A stretch of 64,000 bases of DNA, taken from NCBI GenBank assembly GCA_046116545.1, contig CP175956.1, positions 641,734-705,733 of the forward strand. The letters are read 5' to 3'. Both the position numbers and the translations under genes were made by a program. Positions 58,424-64,000 of this stretch are shown one piece after another. Origin of the DNA: Candidatus Moraniibacteriota bacterium (GTDB lineage: Bacteria; Patescibacteriota; Minisyncoccia; Moranbacterales; GCA-2747515). Under the pieces are notes generated by a model, which made no database searches, had not been told where the DNA came from, and worked only from the letters and a program-made list of their open reading frames with translations. Within the stretch, counting starts at the first letter, position 1. Each line of letters begins with the position of its first letter.

Positions 58424-60883
58424 TTACTTTCTCACCTCAACATCAATTTCTTTTTCAAGAGAACCTATTATGTTTTCTATTTTCTCATCAACATTTTTGG
58501 ATTTCAAAGTTTTCTCATTATCTCCAAAAATTATATGAAATGCCATGGAACGCTCACCAGTTTCTTTATTTGTGTATAGATCAAACAAATCAACATCTTT
58601 TACGAGTTCACCTCCAGCATCATATATGATTCTCTCTACATCACCAACACAAACTCTATCCCCTACCATCATAGATAAATCTCTAGATACAAAAGGGAAC
58701 TTGGCAAGTGGTTCAAAGAAGTTTTCTGATTTCGTTTCAGCTAGCATCACATCAACATTCAACTCACAAACAACTGCACGAGTTTTCTTAAGTCCAAAAT
58801 ATTTACTTGCTTTTTTATCAGTCTCACCCATCCAACCTATCACTTTACCACTTTGCATTTTTATCATCGCTCGTCTTGAAGGATGCAAATTTGGCAAATG
58901 TTCTTTATTTTCATCAAACTCACTATCAAAATAATAATCACCGATATTAATTCTATCAAATAATGTTTCCAACATACCCTTCATTTCAAAGAATTGTGTT
59001 CCGTCATTATCTTTAGAAGCAACGACAGCACCTAAAACAAGTTTTTCATCAGGCAACACAGCGTCAACTGGATCATAAATACGACCAATTTCAAATATTT
59101 GCACTCTATCAAAATAACTAAAGTTCTTTTTTGTAAAATTTAACAAATTTGGCATAAGTGACCTACGCATGATAGCTTGCTCTGGATTCATAGGATTCAT
59201 AAGCGTTATATGATTTTCATCATTCAGTCCTACAGCACGAGCATCATCAAATCCATAAAATGAATAGCTCTTCACTTCATCAAATCCTCCATATACAAAA
59301 ACATCTTTCAATGTTCTTTCAAAGAATCTCTGCTCATTTCTAACAGGTGTCTGTACAGATTCTTTAAGTGGTTTTGATTCTATTTTATCATAACCATACA
59401 TTCTTCCAATTTCTTCTATCAAGTCCTCCTGAGTTTGCAAATCAATCCTTATTGTTGGAATTGTACATATCAATACTTCCCCCTCTCCCTCTGGGAGAGG
59501 GTTGGGGTGAGGGCCATCACATTCAACATTAAGTCTTTCTAAAATACTTTTCATCTCATCAGCTGCTATATCAACACCCAACATTTTAATGACTTTTTTT
59601 GTGTCTAAATTCACACTCCATTTCTCAACTGGCTCAGGATATACATCTGTTACACCTGCCACTGTACCACCTGCCAATTCAATAAATAATTCCACTGCCT
59701 TAGTAGCTGCGATACTTGCTAAATTTGGATCAATGTTTCGTTCAAACCTATAAGCCGCATCTGTTTGCAAGTTATACTTACGTTGAGTTAATCGTACAGA
59801 ACTAGAATCAAAGGAAGCAGCTTCAAGTATGATGTCTTTTGTATCACATGAAATTGCACTACTAAGTCCACCCATAACACCCGCTAACGCAATAGCATCG
59901 CCTTCTCCTGTATTTTCGCCATCAGTTATAACTATATCAGCACTATTTAATTCCACTTCCTGATTATCTAATAACATTATCTTTTCTCCATCACGAGCCT
60001 GTCGTACTTCTATTTTTTTAATATTAGCTGCATCGAAAGCATGTAATGGTTGACCGGTCTCAAGCATTACATAATTTGTAATATCAACAATATTGTTTTT
60101 GGGAGTAATGTCAGAAGACTGCAATCGAGCTTTCATCCAATCAGGCGACTCTTTGATTTCAATATCATCAATCTTTACACCAATATATCTATTACATTTA
60201 GGAGTATCTATAGACACATTCAAAACCCCCTCTCCCTCTGGGAGAGGGCTGGGGTGAGGGCTTTGTTCAGCAGTGTCTTCAAGTGCTTGCATTTCATTAG
60301 CAACACCTGTATAACTCAAACAATCATGTCCACGATTTGGTAAGATATCCAAATCAATTATACTGTCATTCAACTTTACGTACTTAGCAAATTCTTCTCC
60401 AACAGGAGCATCAATAGGCAAAACTATAATGCCATCATGCTCATTACCAATTCCCAATTCATCCTCCGCACAAATCATCCCATTTGATTCTACTCCACGA
60501 ATCTCATTTTTTTTAATTTCAAAAACTTCTGGATCATGTGTAGGAGTTTTTATTATTGGTCGTATTCTTGCACCCACAAGTGCAACAGGAACCTTCTGTC
60601 CAACTTCCAAATTTGGCGCACCACAAACAATCTGTAAACTTCCTCTCCCTTTGGGAGAGGATTGAGGTGAGGGGTCCACATTCACAGTAGCAACGCTAAG
60701 CCTATCAGCATCAGGATGTTTTTCCTTTGTCATCACCTCACCAATAACAACATTATCCAAACCATCAGATAAATCCTCAACACCTTCAACCTCAAAACTA
60801 TGAGCCATAAATAACTCAGCCATTTCATCAACATTCTTTTTTGTCCCACTCAATTCCTTGAGCCAATTGTAACTAAATTTCAT
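58424..60883 (-). CDS. pheT: Phenylalanine--tRNA ligase beta subunit with three in-frame repeat insertions
   Basis: HPDADRL, QIVCGAPN, PNRGHD, GQPLHAFD, RFER, DLIEEIGR, FDX-ACB domain. Confidence 0.96.
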   Translation of the reverse strand: MKFSYNWLKELSGTKKNVDEMAELFMAHSFEVEGVEDLSDGLDNVVIGEVMTKEKHPDADRLSVATVNVDPSPQSSPKGRGSLQIVCGAPNLEVGQKVPVALVGARIRPIIKTPTHDPEVFEIKKNEIRGVESNGMICAEDELGIGNEHDGIIVLPIDAPVGEEFAKYVKLNDSIIDLDILPNRGHDCLSYTGVANEMQALEDTAEQSPHPSPLPEGEGVLNVSIDTPKCNRYIGVKIDDIEIKESPDWMKARLQSSDITPKNNIVDITNYVMLETGQPLHAFDAANIKKIEVRQARDGEKIMLLDNQEVELNSADIVITDGENTGEGDAIALAGVMGGLSSAISCDTKDIILEAASFDSSSVRLTQRKYNLQTDAAYRFERNIDPNLASIAATKAVELFIELAGGTVAGVTDVYPEPVEKWSVNLDTKKVIKMLGVDIAADEMKSILERLNVECDGPHPNPLPEGEGEVLICTIPTIRIDLQTQEDLIEEIGRMYGYDKIESKPLKESVQTPVRNEQRFFERTLKDVFVYGGFDEVKSYSFYGFDDARAVGLNDENHITLMNPMNPEQAIMRRSLMPNLLNFTKKNFSYFDRVQIFEIGRIYDPVDAVLPDEKLVLGAVVASKDNDGTQFFEMKGMLETLFDRINIGDYYFDSEFDENKEHLPNLHPSRRAMIKMQSGKVIGWMGETDKKASKYFGLKKTRAVVCELNVDVMLAETKSENFFEPLAKFPFVSRDLSMMVGDRVCVGDVERIIYDAGGELVKDVDLFDLYTNKETGERSMAFHIIFGDNEKTLKSKNVDEKIENIIGSLEKEIDVEVRK
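59481..59513. repeat. 33 bp palindromic repeat family 4 inside pheT
   Basis: CCCTCTCCCTCTGGGAGAGGGTTGGGGTGAGGG encodes PHPNPLPEGEG. Confidence 0.9.
60228..60260. repeat. 33 bp palindromic repeat family 4 inside pheT
   Basis: CCCTCTCCCTCTGGGAGAGGGCTGGGGTGAGGG encodes PHPSPLPEGEG. Confidence 0.9.
60641..60673. repeat. 33 bp palindromic repeat family 4 inside pheT
   Basis: TCCTCTCCCTTTGGGAGAGGATTGAGGTGAGGG read in another frame as PSPQSSPKGRG. Confidence 0.9.
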
Positions 60884-60901
60884 ATATATTTTTAAAAAAG
60901 A

Positions 60902-61936
60902 TTAAAACTGTTTCGTAAACCGTACATCACCTCCATGAAACAATCGTATATCATTAATCTTGTATTTCATCATTGCAAGTCGCTCCAATCCAAATCCCCA
61001 AGCAAATCCTTGATATTCACCTCTATCATAACCAGCTGCTTCAAATACATTTTGATGTACCATTCCTGCTCCACCCACTTCTATCCATCCTGTGCGTGAA
61101 CATGTAGAGCATCCAGCACCTCCACAGTTTGTACATGATATATCAAATTCAAATCCTGGTTCTACAAATGGGAAATAACTTGGTCGCAGTCTTGCCTTAA
61201 TTTCTTGTCCAAAAAACTCTGAGAAAAATGTCTCTGCAATATATAGAAAATTTGATACACTCACATCTTCACCAACAACCAATGCTTCAAATTGATGAAA
61301 AGTGTGTTCATGTGACGCGTCTGTTGCCTCATTACGGAAAACTCTCCCAGGTACAATCATTCTAAAGGGTGGTTTATGTTTTTCCATGTACCTTACCTGT
61401 ACACCTGAAGTCTGAGTACGCATTACTGTACCAGTTCCTTTCTTACGACCTTCCTCACGTGAAATCCAAAAAGTATCCTGCATATCTCGTCCAGGATGAT
61501 CATCTGGCATATTTATAGCATCAAAGTTATATGACTCACTCTCCAAGTCAGGTCCGTCAGCAATATCAAATCCCATTGATGTAAAAATATTTTCAATATC
61601 TCTTTGTACAATACTCAAAGGATGTAAATGCCCATGAGCATGTTTCGATCCAGGAGCAGATACATCTATCCACTCTTTTTTCTCATCAATAACACTCTCT
61701 AGTGTCATTTTTTTGTCATCTATCAAATGTTGTATTTCTTTTTTAGTTTCATTTGCCAATGGTCCGATTTCCTTTTTTTCTTCTACAGATAAGTCTTTCA
61801 ATCCTTTTAAAATCTCGTTAAAAGCACTCTTCTTACCTAGATAAGAAATTCTAATATCCTCGATAGCATCTAAAGTATCAGCACTTGAAATCTGCTCCAC
61901 AGCATTGTCTTTAATTTGTTGAATTTGTTCTTTCAT
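60902..61936 (-). CDS. pheS: Phenylalanine--tRNA ligase alpha subunit
   Basis: HPGRDMQDTF, RTQTS, FHQFE, RPSYFPFVEP, GFAWGFGLERL. Confidence 0.97.
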   Translation of the reverse strand: MKEQIQQIKDNAVEQISSADTLDAIEDIRISYLGKKSAFNEILKGLKDLSVEEKKEIGPLANETKKEIQHLIDDKKMTLESVIDEKKEWIDVSAPGSKHAHGHLHPLSIVQRDIENIFTSMGFDIADGPDLESESYNFDAINMPDDHPGRDMQDTFWISREEGRKKGTGTVMRTQTSGVQVRYMEKHKPPFRMIVPGRVFRNEATDASHEHTFHQFEALVVGEDVSVSNFLYIAETFFSEFFGQEIKARLRPSYFPFVEPGFEFDISCTNCGGAGCSTCSRTGWIEVGGAGMVHQNVFEAAGYDRGEYQGFAWGFGLERLAMMKYKINDIRLFHGGDVRFTKQF

Positions 61937-61953
61937 AAAAAAATATTACCTAT

Positions 61954-62036
61954 TGTCATTCTGAATTTATTTCAGAATCTAGGTTTAAGTTAATCTCATA
62001 GTAAATTTGAGATCCTGAGATAAATTCAGGATGACA
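61954..62036. repeat. Palindromic element family 1, intergenic copy upstream of pheS
   Basis: TGTCATTCTGAATTTATTTCAGAATCT...AGATCCTGAGATAAATTCAGGATGACA. Confidence 0.85.
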
Positions 62037-62134
62037 TTTACTATATTAGCATACCACAAGAAAAAATAAAGGTTCTACTATTTATTTTTACAAAGCCATT
62101 TAACCGATCACACACTTCAAATAAGTTTCCAATG

Positions 62135-62237
62135 GTCTTTGCGAGCAGACGTGATATTTTGTGTATTTTGCGAAGCAATCTCTACAAATTTATTAGCACA
62201 CTTTCAAGATTGCTTCGTCGTACCTCCTCGCAAAGAC
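62135..62237. repeat. Palindromic element family 3, two arms
   Basis: GTCTTTGCGAG...CGAAGCAATCT and AGATTGCTTCG...CTCGCAAAGAC. Confidence 0.8.
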
Positions 62238-62369
62238 GTTACTTTTGAATATTTTCTTACAACCACTCTTTAAGGTGTGAGAAATTACAAAGTTTTTATT
62301 GATTTCGCTAACATTTCGTGCTATTCTAGTTCAATCAAATAAAGTTCATTTAAAATGAGGTACTCGTAA

Positions 62370-62546
62370 ATGAAAAGATTTACACCATACAGGAATAAAC
62401 TCAGATTCCCACAATTATGGGCAAATTATAAAGATGACTTTAATTCTTTCTTTGACCATACGGGACATATGAATACAAATGGCCATCGTGCATACGATAG
62501 ACTGAAACAAAAACGACGTATGAGAATGTGTTATAAAAAATCATAA
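62370..62546 (+). CDS. Unannotated 58 aa basic protein
   Basis: GAGG SD, MKRFTPYRNK...KKS*; stop overlaps next SD (TAAGGAGG). Confidence 0.55.
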   Translation: MKRFTPYRNKLRFPQLWANYKDDFNSFFDHTGHMNTNGHRAYDRLKQKRRMRMCYKKS

Positions 62547-62560
62547 GGAGGTATCATTAT

Positions 62561-62737
62561 ATGTTTTCATTCTTAGAAGATGTAGCTGGTATATTTATTT
62601 TTTTAATAATGTGCATAGCATTTGGACTTGCAACAATTATAGAGACACTACATTTCTTTTGGAAAAGTTTTTTCACTAATCTTAGAATTATTAGAGAAAA
62701 TGCACGCACTGACAGCAATATACATCCTACATTATAA
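62561..62737 (+). CDS. Unannotated 58 aa membrane protein
   Basis: AAGGAGG SD, MFSFLEDVAGIFIFLIMC...HPTL*; stop overlaps next SD (TAAGGAG). Confidence 0.6.
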   Translation: MFSFLEDVAGIFIFLIMCIAFGLATIIETLHFFWKSFFTNLRIIRENARTDSNIHPTL

Positions 62738-62748
62738 GGAGTTTAAAA

Positions 62749-63055
62749 ATGACACTACCTGTTGAAGTTTTTGTTTTACTTGGAATTGTAGCTGGAACAC
62801 TTCTCGTGAAGTCTTTCAAAACTTTTTGCAAAATTGCAAAAAAAAATAGATGCAAAAAAAAAGTACAAGGCACATAACCTAAGTACAAGCATTGTTTTTT
62901 CTTACATTTGCTTTTCACTTGGATTATTCTACATTTCTGTATTTATCTGCAATCAGTTTTTTACACTAATGTTTATATTGACATTCGCGTGTTTACACTT
63001 CAACCATTTTGTTGATGATTGTACAGCAAGTGCTCAAAAATCCATAACAAATTAA
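62749..63055 (+). pseudogene. Membrane-protein gene frameshifted in an A9 tract
   Basis: SD plus ATG frame stops at 62877; loss of one A joins it to the 62834-63055 frame. Confidence 0.55.
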
Positions 63056-63176
63056 CCTCTCCCCATTTTAAGGGGGAGATGTCCATAGGACAGAGGGGGT
63101 TTTTGTAAAATAAAGTTTATTGTTATAGTTCTAACCCCTCCGCCTTACAGACACCTACTCTTCAAAAGGGATGAGG
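63056..63176. repeat. Inverted pair of CCCCTC...GGGAG hairpin repeats, family 4-like
   Basis: 63056-63102 reverse complement aligns with 63133-63176. Confidence 0.6.
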
Positions 63177-63283
63177 TTTGAAACAATGACATAATTAGCA
63201 ATTCAATTATTGAAACTCAAAAGCTCCACGGAAATCCGCGGAGCTTTTAAATTTGTCATAACTTATTTTCGATTAAATTATCA

Positions 63284-64000
63284 CTATAGTGATAATTTAA
63301 TGAAAAACTTTTTACCAACTTTCAAAACTTTCCCATCGTCCTTAGCTTGAAGTAAATATTTTACATCTGTAATTTTTTCTTTATTTATAGAGACACCCCC
63401 TTGTTCAACTTTCCTTCGAGCATCTCCTTTGCTAGTCGCACCCTCAACCGTAACAAGTAATTCCAGTATATTAATCCCCTCTTGTGAGTTAAAAATTTTA
63501 ACATCATCTGGGATTTCTTTTTTTGAGAAAGTATTTATAAAATAATCTTGTGCTTCTTGCGCTTTTTCTTCACCATGGAAAAGTTTTGTGATCTCAAAAG
63601 CTAATTTTATTTTTGCATCACGAGGATTTTCCATTTGTGTCATTTCTTCAATTTCTCCCAAAGTCAGTCTGGTACATCCCAATGCTAATGGCTTTATCAT
63701 ACCATCTGATTGAGACATGACCGCACCAAATAAATCACTTGATTCTAAATTTAAAAATATACCTGTACCATTTGATTTGGACATTAATTGTCCAGTAATT
63801 TCATCAGCAATTAAATTATTAGCAATAACAAACTTCTCTTTCCCTGTTGTTTTTTGTAATAATGTCCTTCCTGCTAATGCATTAAAGATCTGATCAGTAC
63901 CACACATTTCAACATCAACATCTAATGCAACACTATCGTATCCCTGCATCAGTGGATATAGAAACTCATGTAAATAAATTGGCTTACCGTCTTTCAACCT
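63284..64000 (-). CDS. tyrS: Tyrosine--tRNA ligase, 3' part (truncated by window edge)
   Basis: [25 protein letters not shown]-terminal S4 domain. Confidence 0.95.
   Translation of the reverse strand, partial: RLKDGKPIYLHEFLYPLMQGYDSVALDVDVEMCGTDQIFNALAGRTLLQKTTGKEKFVIANNLIADEITGQLMSKSNGTGIFLNLESSDLFGAVMSQSDGMIKPLALGCTRLTLGEIEEMTQMENPRDAKIKLAFEITKLFHGEEKAQEAQDYFINTFSKKEIPDDVKIFNSQEGINILELLVTVEGATSKGDARRKVEQGGVSINKEKITDVKYLLQAKDDGKVLKVGKKFFIKLSL

Noticed and set aside
63168-63184. GGGATGAGGTTTGAAAC as a further cassette repeat
   Set aside because: Lacks the TTGGCCCTAT half and the GTTCGAAC core; explained as the end of a family 4-like hairpin.
1-64000. UGA recoding (genetic code 25) for the genome
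   Set aside because: Conserved genes translate full length under code 11 with no in-frame TGA, and some ORFs end in TGA.

Overview
AT-rich, genetic code 11 bacterial chromosome segment. The gene set (aspS-rpmF-nusB-rnc, recJ, gltX, priA, fmt/def, archaeal-type pyrH, ADP-forming acetate-CoA ligase, pyrG, glyA, pheST, tyrS, many orphan ORFs) looks like a Patescibacteria/CPR genome, possibly Moranbacteria-like (inference, no search run). Gene orientation and G/C bias flip near 42-43 kb, where a 1.2 kb non-coding region holds a near-palindromic 11-6-11 dif-like site, so the window probably spans the replication terminus. The main observation is a dispersed ~35-55 bp repeat, consensus TTGGCCCTATGGGAYGARGTTCGAACG (six clear copies plus one tRNA-like degenerate copy), that separates single orphan genes into two integron-like arrays (0.5-1.5 kb and 47.4-50.3 kb). 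Differences between copies are mostly synonymous in one frame, which reads L-A-L-W-D-E-V-R-T-V-L followed shortly by a stop. The repeats therefore look like interchangeable 3' ends of a protein gene, suggesting a recombinase whose attachment site lies in its own C-terminus; no such gene is in this window. Also present: a T-box riboswitch with an apparently ultrashort stem I and AAC (Asn) specifier before aspS, several palindromic repeat families including in-frame insertions in pheT (three) and a WecB/TagA gene, a stand-alone OLD-family nuclease, and an outer-membrane beta-barrel-like gene. No rRNA, complete tRNA, CRISPR array, transposase or integrase gene was seen.
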